Below the pieces are notes generated by a model. The model saw nothing but the letters and a program-made list of their open reading frames with translations, had not been told where the DNA came from and searched no databases. Made by a program: the position numbers and the translations under genes. From the NCBI GenBank assembly GCA_964016885.1, contig OZ024740.1, positions 235,662,001-235,726,000 on the forward strand: a stretch of 64,000 bases of DNA, read 5' to 3'. Shown here piece after piece: positions 53,850 through 64,000 of the stretch; positions within the stretch are counted from its first letter, which is position 1, and each line of letters opens with the position of its first letter. This DNA comes from Eledone cirrhosa (taxonomy: Eukaryota).

Positions 53850-54335
53850 TAGCCGGGAAGGGCAGGTAGTTTTTATCTGTCTGGTGGCTATGGCGAAAGA
53901 GATAGTATGGTGGACGCGTCTGAAAGAGCTGAAGATGAGCACTTACCTCTTCGGTGATTCCCTGATTAACTTTTTCAAATTTGATTTGAAAAGGAAAATC
54001 AGGGTAGAGAGGGAAGTGCTCTCTTCCCAGCATTTTGTTGAAAGATGGGTGAGAGAGGCAAGAATGGCCCGAGTGAATGCCTGTAAATTGAAGGTGGAAA
54101 ACTGGGAGAGGGCACTTGCTCTGGTAGTCAGGGTCACCGTGGCTTTTTTTAATGAGTTTTCTCCACGCATGTCCCTCGGAAGTCTCCCCCCTATTGGGGA
54201 ATTTTTCATTGTTCTTTTTTTGTTACATCCTCTGTTTTTTTGTTTTTTTACACGCAGAAATGCCCATTTGTACCGTCCTGTATTGTCCTTAATGTCTATT
54301 TTATGTAAACCCTTGTGGTTAATAAAGAAAGCATT
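53850..54335 (+). pseudogene. L1/Tx1-like LINE 3' fragment 2
   Basis: AMAKEIVWWTRLK...FFKFDLKRKIRVERE...FVERW C-terminus, AATAAA, then (ATT)n. Confidence 0.75.
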
Positions 54336-54337
54336 AC

Positions 54338-54371
<34 letters not shown>

Positions 54372-54383
54372 GTTATTGTTATT
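54333..54383. repeat. (ATT)n tract at the Dong 3' junction
   Basis: Read directly. Confidence 0.95.
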
Positions 54384-54457
54384 CCTTGAATCTCAGTCAT
54401 TGATGTTGGTTAACTGGAAAGTCCGTTGGATTGAATATCAAGCCACTACCTGCAGCC

Positions 54458-57400
54458 TCAGATATTCAGGACGTATCGGAGGGTTCTTGCCGTTCCAAGC
54501 AAGCATGCCTTTTGAAGCGTTCCAAAAAGCGTGAAGGGGCCGATTTTCTTTAACCATCCCTGGAAACCTTTGGAGATAGTCCCCAGTGCGCCTATGACAA
54601 TCGGGATCACTTTGACTTCATGGCAGTTCCAAATCCTTTTCACCTCCCACTTTAGGTCCTGGTATCGGTTAATTTTCTCCCTCTCCTTCTCTTGCACTCT
54701 CGTGTCGAACGGGCAGGCCACATCCACAATCAGGCACGATCTTTTTTCTTTGTCCACAACCACCAGGTCAGGTCTATTGTGTTCCAGTTTTTTGTCCGTC
54801 TGTATCCTAAAATCCCACAGCACCTTCACCTGACTGTTCTCCATCACCGCCTCTGGCCTATGCTCATACCATTTCTCAGAATGTGGTAGATTGTTTACTT
54901 TGCACAGGTGCCAGTGGATCACCCTGCCCATCACATCGTGTCTCCAGCCCTTATAGTGGGTCTGGGCTAGGTGTTTACACTCGGACACAATGTGAGCCAC
55001 AGTCTCCTCTCTCTCTCCACAGATCCTGCACAATGGGCTAGCCTCCTCCTTGTAGATATGGTGCTTCAACCACTTCGTTTTGAGGGCCTGCTCCTGCGCA
55101 GCCATTAGCATTCCTTCTGTAGCCTTTTTGAGGTCTCCTCTTCTCAACCAGTTCCATGTCTGTGGATCTCTAAATTCAGTTTTCTCAAAGAAGGTACTAT
55201 GAAGGGATTTTCCCTTAAGGCTGCTCTTCCTCCTTGATGTTATTTCCTCCTTGGGTATCCCCTGGCCTACTGTCCCCTCCTTCAGTACAGCTCTGAGCAT
55301 TGGCTCCTTACTATAGGTCACGTATTTGTATAGGTTGTTTTTCTCCATCTGAACACAGTCCTCTATGCTGATAAGACCTCTTCCACCCTCAGATCTCCTT
55401 AGGTAGAGTCTATCGACATCACTCCTCTTGTGGAACATGTTGTAGATAGTCAATAGCTTCCTAGTCTTCCTATCCATTTCTTTTTGTTCAGCAACATTCC
55501 ATCTCAGAATTCCCGCACTGTACCTAATAATAGACACAGCTCGGGAATTTACTGCGCTTATGGCATTTCTGCTGTTCAGATGTGACTTCAATACGCTCCT
55601 TACTCTCCGAATGTATTCAGTTCTTAACAATTCCTTCATTTTTTTGTTCTTTATGCCATCAGCCTCCAGAACGCCCAAATACTTGTATCCTTCCTCAGAG
55701 TCAATTTCCTTTATCATCTCACCTGTTGGTATCTGGATCCCGTTACTTCTGCTCAACCTACCCCTCCTCATCACAATGACTCCACATTTACCAATACCAA
55801 ACTGCATACATATATCACTGCTGAAAATACGGACAGTGTCAACAAGCACATCCAACTCCTTCTCACTTTTCCCGAAGAGCTTAAGATCGTCCATGAAGAG
55901 GAGGTGATTGATGGTAAGCTCTCCCCTTCCCAACTTGTATCCTGCTCTCACTTTTCGCAGCATAATGGTCAAGGGCATCAGGGCAAGGACAAACAACAGA
56001 GGGGACAGGCTATCTCCCTGGAAGATACCTCTCTTGATCTTCACGCTTCCCAAGGATACTCCAGTTGATGTCAACTCTGTCTCCCAGGACCCCATACTCC
56101 TGCCCAGCAACTGTCTGATGTTATCTGCCACCCTGAAGATCTCCAGGCTTTTGGTGATCCAGGAATGAGGCACCATGTCAAATGCCTTTCTGTAGTCTAT
56201 CCATCCCATGGCAAGATCAGTGTGTCTCCTCCTGCAATTCCCCATTACCATCTTATCAATAAGCAACTGGTCCTTTGTACCACGTGACTTCTTTCGGCAT
56301 CCTTTCTGTTCGTCCGGCAACAAGTTGTTTGTGTGGAGGTGATGGTAGATTTCCTCAGACACAATGCTCGTCAACAGTTTCCACATTACGGGCAGACATG
56401 TGATAGGTCTATAGTTGGTAACATCATTACCCTTGATTCGGTCTTTCATTATCAGAACTGTGGTACCTTTTGTCAACCACTCTGGCACCTCACCCGACAC
56501 CAAGCAGTCATTGAACATGGCCGTCAGCTTCGGGTGTAGGGATGTTAAATGTTTAATCCAATACCCCTGCACACCATCTGGGCCTGGTGATTTCCAGTTG
56601 GTTAGTTTTTTGGCTTGCCCCTTAAGAGTTTCAACTGTGATACTCAAATCAGTCTGTTGCTGTGCCTGCTCACCGATCTCCCTCTGTACTGTCTCAATCC
56701 ACCCTGCCTGGGCATTGTGTCTAACATCCTGCTCCCATATTCCTCTCCAGAATGTTTTAGCTTGTTCCGCCCCAGGGATCAAGTCGGTGCCTCTTTCTTT
56801 CCCCTCAAGCTGTCCAAACAGCATCTTCTGGTTGTTGTCGAACATGCGGTTCTGTTTATACTGACTGACTCTGTTCTCGTATCGCCTGATTTTGGCACTC
56901 TTTGCTACAATGCGTTGCTTCAATTCCTCTATGATAATATTTAGCTTTTTACTCCTAGTTTTGTATTTTATTTCCAGTCTATTTTTAGTGCCTATGTTTT
57001 TTAGTGTCCCATTCAGTAGTGACTCAAGCTTTCCTATGTCATTTCTCATTTCCCCGATTTGCCCACTCAGTCGCTTCTTCCACCACGGCTCTGCTCTTTC
57101 TTGTCTGTTGTTTCCTCTCGCTTTTGTACCAAGTAGTTTCCTCACCGTATTTGCTGTTGCTTTGAGGATATTGTTGCACTGGTGAAGACTCCTCGCCTCA
57201 AGGTATGGGATGACTTTGTTTACCTTAGCTGTTGTTTCTTTTAACTTTTTCCTGTCTACAAATCTTAGGTTCATAGGTCTCCCACTATCATTGTTCAACT
57301 CATCTACCACTAAATTTAGGATGTCAACCGAATCTTGTCCTAGCCCGTCAGCATTCATCTCCTCAGTGACCGTATCTCTGTTCCAGGTATTATTTATCTC

Positions 57401-57847
57401 AGTATTCAGATCATTGTCTGCTTCGGGTGGTTCCTCCGCTCTCAGGACCTCCTCACCTTCATTTCCCGCCGGCTCGCTTGTCTGGCATACTACACCCGCC
57501 ATCTCCAAGCCATTCTCTCTGCTCAGTTCCTCCAGTTCCAGCTCGCTTATCCACCCATTAGTTCTTATTACCCGAGCCTGCCCGGCCAATTTTTGTTCAT
57601 CTAATTTAAATAAACCAATCTCGTTCCAGATGTTATGCATCCGTCTCCTGTAGCCCCTCTCCTTGGGGTTACTTTTCAGGTAGCATTGCATAACAGTTCT
57701 ATTCAATTCTTTCGTCCAGTTGGTTCTGGCCCCTTTCCTTCTTCTTCCTCCAACATCAGCAGTATTTCGTTGACAGTCAGGTTCCTGCTGCTGAGCCAGG
57801 GGGCACCTGTTGGGTGAGAGTCTGTCACATGACGTTCTAGTCTCCAT
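54458..57847 (-). CDS. Dong/R4 polyprotein: N-terminal putative DNA-binding region, reverse transcriptase, CCHC knuckle, restriction-like endonuclease
   Basis: 1129 aa with no stops; WT..LN..VM.CY..S.P..RGYR.RM..IW, WKSPGPDG, NYRPITCL, IDYRKAFD, GIFQGDSLSP, FMDD, YKYLG, CRIC..ETVAHIVSEC, RHD, RPDLV..D..IVDVACP..EKINRY. Confidence 0.95.
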   Translation of the reverse strand: METRTSCDRLSPNRCPLAQQQEPDCQRNTADVGGRRRKGARTNWTKELNRTVMQCYLKSNPKERGYRRRMHNIWNEIGLFKLDEQKLAGQARVIRTNGWISELELEELSRENGLEMAGVVCQTSEPAGNEGEEVLRAEEPPEADNDLNTEINNTWNRDTVTEEMNADGLGQDSVDILNLVVDELNNDSGRPMNLRFVDRKKLKETTAKVNKVIPYLEARSLHQCNNILKATANTVRKLLGTKARGNNRQERAEPWWKKRLSGQIGEMRNDIGKLESLLNGTLKNIGTKNRLEIKYKTRSKKLNIIIEELKQRIVAKSAKIRRYENRVSQYKQNRMFDNNQKMLFGQLEGKERGTDLIPGAEQAKTFWRGIWEQDVRHNAQAGWIETVQREIGEQAQQQTDLSITVETLKGQAKKLTNWKSPGPDGVQGYWIKHLTSLHPKLTAMFNDCLVSGEVPEWLTKGTTVLIMKDRIKGNDVTNYRPITCLPVMWKLLTSIVSEEIYHHLHTNNLLPDEQKGCRKKSRGTKDQLLIDKMVMGNCRRRHTDLAMGWIDYRKAFDMVPHSWITKSLEIFRVADNIRQLLGRSMGSWETELTSTGVSLGSVKIKRGIFQGDSLSPLLFVLALMPLTIMLRKVRAGYKLGRGELTINHLLFMDDLKLFGKSEKELDVLVDTVRIFSSDICMQFGIGKCGVIVMRRGRLSRSNGIQIPTGEMIKEIDSEEGYKYLGVLEADGIKNKKMKELLRTEYIRRVRSVLKSHLNSRNAISAVNSRAVSIIRYSAGILRWNVAEQKEMDRKTRKLLTIYNMFHKRSDVDRLYLRRSEGGRGLISIEDCVQMEKNNLYKYVTYSKEPMLRAVLKEGTVGQGIPKEEITSRRKSSLKGKSLHSTFFEKTEFRDPQTWNWLRRGDLKKATEGMLMAAQEQALKTKWLKHHIYKEEASPLCRICGEREETVAHIVSECKHLAQTHYKGWRHDVMGRVIHWHLCKVNNLPHSEKWYEHRPEAVMENSQVKVLWDFRIQTDKKLEHNRPDLVVVDKEKRSCLIVDVACPFDTRVQEKEREKINRYQDLKWEVKRIWNCHEVKVIPIVIGALGTISKGFQGWLKKIGPFTLFGTLQKACLLGTARTLRYVLNI

Positions 57848-58416
57848 TTCACCGTTATTCGCACTGTTTATGTTCGATATTTAAACACTCTTATCGAGGA
57901 TTGGCGAATGTATGTTTACATAGCCATCTGTGGATCCGCCATCCCACTTGGCCCTTGTGTGGCATTATCACCACGCTGTATACGGACACACATAAACAAA
58001 CAAACACACGGGCAGAAAGGGCCCCAAAAATGAATAAGCATAAGTTTCATTGTAATGTAGTATTCGAATGTCTGACTTAGTTTTTGTTTTTTAAGTTTTA
58101 CTTTTTCCCCCCTCTTCTCTGTCCGTCCGCCTGCTTCTCTCTTCATTCTTATTTTCTTTACGTTTTTGGGGTTTCTTTTTTTGTTTTTGTTTTTCTCTGT
58201 TTTTCTCGTTTTTTACTGTTGTTGCTGTGCTGCTTTTGTTGTTTGTTTTTTCTTTTTTCTTTTGAGTCTATCTATATATTTTGATGCCTTCCTCTTTGTT
58301 AGTAGTAGGAATTCTATAACGTGGAAGTGGTAGCCAGCAGAGACTAGCGGCGTTGGCGATACTGAGACAGTGGTGGCGGTGATGTCGATACCGAGGCAGT
58401 GGTGGCGGCGATGCGA

Positions 58417-59063
58417 CCGTATTACTGTAGTGATGGTGCTGTAGCGGTGGCAGCAGCAGTGAAGGAGTCAGGGGGTGGTGGCGGCGGTGATGGGATAGTG
58501 GTGGTAATGATGGCCGTAGTGAGCGGTGGCGGTGAAGGTGAAAATGCTGTTGTGTTTAGTGTACACAGATGATGGGGTGGGTGGTGTATCTAGTTTCTGG
58601 TGTTGGTGAGTTTCGCTGTCCTATATAGTGTAGCCAGAGGAGAGGAGGGGGGGGGGTCTTCTTCTTCCATTTATAGCCATTTTATTTTTTTTTTTTTGGA
58701 TATACAGTGTACAATACAAAGTTGAATATTTGAATATTTGAGCCGTATTACTGTAGTGATGGTGCTGTAGCGGTGGCAGCAGCAGTGAAGGAGTCAAGGG
58801 GTGGTGGCGGCGGTGATGGGATAGTGGTGGTAATGATGGCCGTAGTGAGCGGTGGCGGTGAAGGTGAAAATGCTGTTGTGTTTAGTGTACACAGATGATG
58901 GGGTGGGCGGTGTATCTAGTTTCTGGTGTTGGTGAGTTTAGCTGTCCTATATAGTGTAGCCAGAGGAGAGGAGGGGGGGGGGGTTCTTCTTCTTCCATTT
59001 ATAGCCATTTTTTTTTGGATATACAGTGTACAATACAAAGTTGAATATTTGAATATTTGAGCC
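58417..59063. repeat. ~325-bp direct tandem duplication inside the Dong 5'UTR
   Basis: CCGTATTACTGTAGTGATGG at 58417 and 58743; the copies differ by a few SNPs and homopolymer lengths. Confidence 0.95.
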
Positions 59064-59228
59064 TTATAACAATATATTTTGGGTCCGAATTTTTTGGGGC
59101 TCAAGCCGGGTGCTTTACGTAGCATTTGTACTAAGAGTTGTTATTTCACAAATGATTTAAATATGTTAAAAATTCAAAACTTACGGGAGCGATTTCATGA
59201 CCTCCGTCACCTCGTGCGTCTTCTTCCC

Positions 59229-59269
<41 letters not shown>

Positions 59270-59278
59270 ATCATTATT
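59229..59278. repeat. (TTA)n tract at the Dong 5' junction
   Basis: Read directly. Confidence 0.95.
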
Positions 59279-60105
59279 GGCTAGCGGGAGAACTTTCAGG
59301 TCAGGTCTCATGGACAACTTCCAGAAATCTCTGGCCTGGCAGTGCTACTGAGGAGCTTTGCCAGTTCGGGATAAACTCTACAGGCATGGAAGCCAAGACT
59401 GTCCAAGGTGTGTGCAAAGCGATGAAACCATCCTGCATGCACTCGGCAAATGTCCAAGTATTGCTGACCTGTGGGTTTATGTCGAGCACCCGCTGTCACT
59501 TGTAGGACGGATCTGACTATCAACTGAGTCTATTGTGAAGATCACCCCGCTGTCCTCCTTTAGAGGGAAGGACAGGCAATTTTTATCTGCCTGGTGGCCA
59601 TGGAGAAAGAGGTCATATGGTAGATGCGTTTGAAAGGGTTGAAGACAGACATCTTCCTCTTTGGCGAAGCCCTGATTAACTTTTTCAGATTTCACTTGAA
59701 GAGGAAAATGAGGGTGGAGAGGGAAGTGCTGCCTTTCAACCAGTTTGGTGAAAGGTGGGTGGGAGTAGCGACATGGTCCGTGTGAATGGGCCTGCCTTGA
59801 GTATATGCCTGTAGATTGGAGTAGAAAGACAGGGAGAGGGCACTTTTCCTAGCGGACAGGGTGACTGTGGCTTTTGTAGGATTTCTACACGAGTGACTCT
59901 TAGAGTCTCCTCACCTCTGGGGAAGTTATGTTTGTTTTAAATGTTTATTTTCTTAGTTTCTTTTATAAATTTTATTTTACACAAAGAAAATCCCACACTG
60001 TATCGTCCTGTATTGTCTTTAATGTTTCCTTAACGTGAGCCCTGTGTGTGTGGCCAAAAAGGAAATTATCATTATTATTATTAGTATCATTATTGTTATT
60101 ATTAA
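59278..60105 (+). pseudogene. L1/Tx1-like LINE ORF2 3' fragment 3
   Basis: AWQCY*GALPVRDKL..HG..CPRCVQSDETILHALGKC (zf-RVT-like CCHC); ATT-rich tail. Confidence 0.8.
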
Positions 60106-60704
60106 TTACGTCTCTTCCTCTTCCACATACCATACTCAACTTCATTGTTGATGGAAGCAAAAGATAAAAAATCAATATGTACTGTGAAGAATTTGAACTA
60201 ATCTATAGACACTTAAAGACAGATACAATTTTCGCAAGACGGTATTTTGACTGATATCTTGGTCGGTGATTAAGTTGTTTTACATTGATTTTTGTGCCTC
60301 TGCTGGCTTAAAGATGGGGTGTCTGTATTGTGATGTTATTCTATAATTAGATATTCACGTGTGAACTGTTAGAACATTTGTTTTCCTAGATATATGGCTC
60401 CCCCCTACTACTAAACACTGTGAGTGGTACCTGTTGTCAGCCAGATTGACTGAGATGAGCAGAGTTGTGTACAATTTGCTAGAAATAACAGGCAAATCCT
60501 TCTACAAAAACATCCTACTGTCTTTCAAAGAATGTTGGACATATTAGATAATGTAATCTTAGTTACACTACATAACCTTTTCATGACTGTAATTTGTGAC
60601 ATGTTTTTAATGAAATACACTGTATTTCAATTAATTAATGAAGCATTTTGAGGGATTTATTAAAATTATTATTTCATTACCAAGATAGTAATTTAACATA
60701 TGGT

Positions 60705-61400
60705 TCATCATCATTATCATCATCATTTTATGTCTGCTTTTCCCTGCTTGCAAGGGTGGGACGGGTCCTCTTCAGCATAGCATATCTCCATTTGTCACAG
60801 TCCTTCATCATCTCCTCTGTGAGCTTAATGATCTCAGGTCAGCCCTCACCACCTCCGCCCAAGTCTACTGTGTCTTCCTTCCACAGGGATCACCTGGCAC
60901 TTCTTCACCCAGCAGTCATCATCCATGTGCATCACAAGGCCATACCAATATAGTCTTCTCTCCTGCACACTACAGTTTCACTCTCAACTCATCCATGCTG
61001 CCTCTTTCATGCACGTTGACATGGCACATCCATCGGAGCATGCTTGCTTCATTTCTCTCCAACCTTTGCATCTCCTCCACAGTTGCTGCCCATGTCTCAC
61101 TACCATGCAGCATCATGCATCTCACTCAGGCATCATACAACCAACCTTTCATTCGCAGGGAGAAACCCTTTGTTGTCAACAGAGGAAGCAGCTCCCTAAA
61201 CTTATTCTAACCTGTCCTTATTCTAGATACTATGGCCTCAGAGCATCCCCCTCCTTTGCTAATTTGATCACCTAGATATTGGAAGCTATCAACCACCTCT
61301 ATAGATCCTACCTGCATTTGAAAGATGTGCCTATCATTGAAACTTCTACTATTAATTTTCCCTGAACATCTACTACATACAAAGTTTTCTTTCCTGTTAG
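60705..61400 (-). pseudogene. RTE (short-3'UTR family) 3' fragment
   Basis: Antisense translations match the RTE C-terminus; tail CCCGTCCCACCCTTGCAAGCAGGGAAAAGC..AC.TAAAATGATG. Confidence 0.8.
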
Positions 61401-61444
61401 TTCTTGTATAAAATTATGTTGGAAGATTTTAATTTAAATAGGGC

Positions 61445-61725
61445 CAGGTAGAGGTGCTACTTCTCCAAATTGTAAGATCACAGTTAGGATACTACAGACA
61501 TGTGGTCAGCATATCTAAGGAAAGAATCACTGGACATTTTACAGGCAAAACCAACTGGAAAGAGACCCAGGGGTAGACCTCAAGCTAGATTGTTGGATAA
61601 TATTCATGAACTTGGCTGGTCTCACTTGGGGATCCAGCCAGATCAACTGGAGACGATTGGTTCTGACAGAACCTACTGGAAGGTGTGCTTGAGGACTCCC
61701 CCCCCCAACCCTCCCAGGAATAAGT
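61445..61725 (+). mobile_element. RTE third-family 3' fragment
   Basis: AKPTGKRPRGRP...LGIQPDQLE, homologous to 32145-32363. Confidence 0.8.
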
Positions 61726-61860
61726 GGGTGAAGAAGGGGATGAAGAAGGAGGAGGAGGTTAATGCAGTCTTGACTACACTATGTCTAGAAAATAAAATAA
61801 AGTAGGATAGTTATGTTAGGGTTGAAATGCTTTTGGTCATATGTCTGCTTAACCAGAGAA

Positions 61861-61892
<32 letters not shown>

Positions 61893-64000
61893 CACCATAG
61901 TCATTATTTAATACTTTTTCTTACATATGTAAATACAAGGCCTCAAATTTGAGGGAGGGGTATATTTGATGTAACCAATCACAGTATTTGACTTACTATA
62001 TTTTATTGACCCTGGATCTATATAAGATAGAGATAACCATGGCAGGATTTGAACTAAAAACATAAAAAGCTATGACTAAAATTTGCAGGGCATTTTTTCC
62101 AGTGCTCTAATGATTCTGCCAATCCTACAACAATTAATAACAAATGTAATGATTTATATTATTATATAAATAATAACAAATATAATGACCAATAATCTCT
62201 ACTAAAGTCACAAATACTAACATTAAACCATCAATAATATTTGTAAGAAACTCTGTTGCTATGTAACTTTGTATGTCAACTGATTTTCTCTTCTGTATAA
62301 CCCATAACTCCTCCCAGTACATATGACATGTTAACCAGAACTGGGATGTTCACTTAACATATAAAAAATATCTTGATGAAAAACAAAATCACATTTTTTG
62401 AAAAACACTTACAAAAAACAAACAAACAAAAAAACTCACTTTTATGTTGCTTAGGAATAATTATTGATAAAAAAAAAACTGTAAATGGTATTGGTAGTTT
62501 TAGTAGTTACTAAAGATATTAGAGTGGCTACTGTAGTAATAAAAAGGATATAATGTTGGATGGAGGAAGATAATGATAATGATTGGTGTGCAACTAGACC
62601 ATTAAATAATGGATGCAATGTTGTCTTGGATTTTGTGTAAAAACAGCATAGAAATGAAGCAATGTGGAAACGTTTATAAAGTAGTCATTTGACCAGCTAG
62701 AAATAGTAGCTAAATTTCTCTTGAATTCAATACTATTCTCTAAAATCAAAGAGGACACATTAGATAGTGTGTAATTCGAAGAATCCTTAAAAAGCAAAAT
62801 AATCATCGTTGGAATACCTTTCACTTCTGACCTAGGGTTAAATAACAACTACAACGCTTTTGCAATATTTGTTCTGCACTAAGTTACAAGCATTCCCTTG
62901 TTCTTCTCACCATCTGAACCAAACATTAATCAACTGAAAACCAGTAACTGACATTGTTTATTACTAACCAGATATGAATGAATGATAGATATGTGATAGA
63001 GAGATGAATGAGTTTCAAAACAGTAGGGGGTATGAGACCCAAATGTAGATATGGTATATTTCCCAGCCTGCATCACTACCACCATTTGGTTGATGGTAAT
63101 GAATTAATGAGGTGTCTGTATTTTCCTCTAAATATGCCCAAGTCTGTTTATTAATATAATTGATTCAATGACAGACTTGACCCTGACTCTGACTGATCAT
63201 ATCCCAACACTAATTCTTATCCTTAACACAAACTCAGTTGCTCAATACATTTACACTAATATTTCTACACTATCAAATCACTGGGACAAGATTATCTGTC
63301 TGTTCTCATCATAATCATTACCATCATCATTATACTGTTGGTTTTATTGACCGCATCTAACCACAAAGCATTGATGGTTCCCCTTCTACTGCTTCTAGTG
63401 CCTGATCCCAACTGTTGAGAAGCTGTGGGTTGAATGGTAAGAATTGTGTGTGCAATGTAATGCCTTATAGGCCATACAGTGCAAGTAAAAGTGTCAAACA
63501 CATATTTGAGTTTATGTGGCAAGGAAAGGTGACTTGTCGTTTCTAAGTGAGCCTGAACAGTAATTGTTCATTTAGGCTGATTTCTGGAGAAGGAAGTGAG
63601 TAGTATTTAGTATTTTGTTATGTGGAATGGTTTGTAAAGTATGTTTGTAGATTTTCTTTTGTTCAGTTGTGAGTTTGGATGTAGTTAAGATGTTTATGGG
63701 TTGTTTTTTTTTGTAATGAAAATTGCTTTTTTTCTTTTTAGTTTTGGTAGATATCATTATTCATTGTGAGTGTGGAGTTTGTGTTGTGAGTTTTGGACTG
63801 TTGGTTGAATAGTTTAGAGTGTATTTTTAGTTTTACTAGAAGTAAGTGTTTTGTTGTGTAAGTATGAATAACCTGTATGAGATTGGTGAATTAAATAGTC
63901 TTCAAAGATCAGCTACAAATCATTTAAAATACTTGTATCATTCTTCCGCATCACTGTCATCATCTTTTTCATATCCCATCAGTACACTCTGTAAAGTGGT

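Larger units (their letters stand above)
54384..59228 (-). mobile_element. Full-length Dong/R4-clade non-LTR retrotransposon
   Basis: Single intact ORF, ~1.38-kb 5' region, 74-nt 3'UTR and (TAA)n tracts on both sides (the known Dong target). Confidence 0.92.

Noticed and set aside
53884-54534. 216-aa ORF with a poly-Leu segment resembling a membrane protein
   Set aside because: Chimera of the Tx1-like C-terminus, the (TTA)n tract and the antisense Dong 3' end.
59060-59228. HDV-like ribozyme at the extreme Dong 5' end
   Set aside because: I could not find a P1/P2/P3 nested pairing or the catalytic-core consensus by eye.

Overview
AT-rich, microsatellite-dense eukaryotic DNA. The SINE/LINE repertoire suggests an octopod cephalopod; this is an inference from remembered repeat motifs, not a database match. 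I found no convincing host protein-coding gene, and almost all short ORFs in the track are microsatellite or antisense-TE artefacts. The window is a transposon graveyard with one apparently intact element: a full-length ~4.85 kb Dong/R4-clade non-LTR retrotransposon (1129-aa RT + CCHC + restriction-like endonuclease ORF, minus strand) sitting between (TAA)n tracts, inside a chain of L1/Tx1-like 3' fragments. Also present are two young 5'-truncated RTE LINEs whose RT carries an in-frame PHD finger, and two tRNA-derived SINE families, one with 19-bp TSDs and one with a tail assembled from two different RTE families. There are MULE, hAT, piggyBac-like, pogo-like, Helitron and Penelope remnants, and several minisatellites seeded by one 48-bp RTE 3'UTR module. 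The most unusual signal is a recurring set of near-perfect fold-back (snap-back) inverted duplications, several placed exactly at retroelement junctions.
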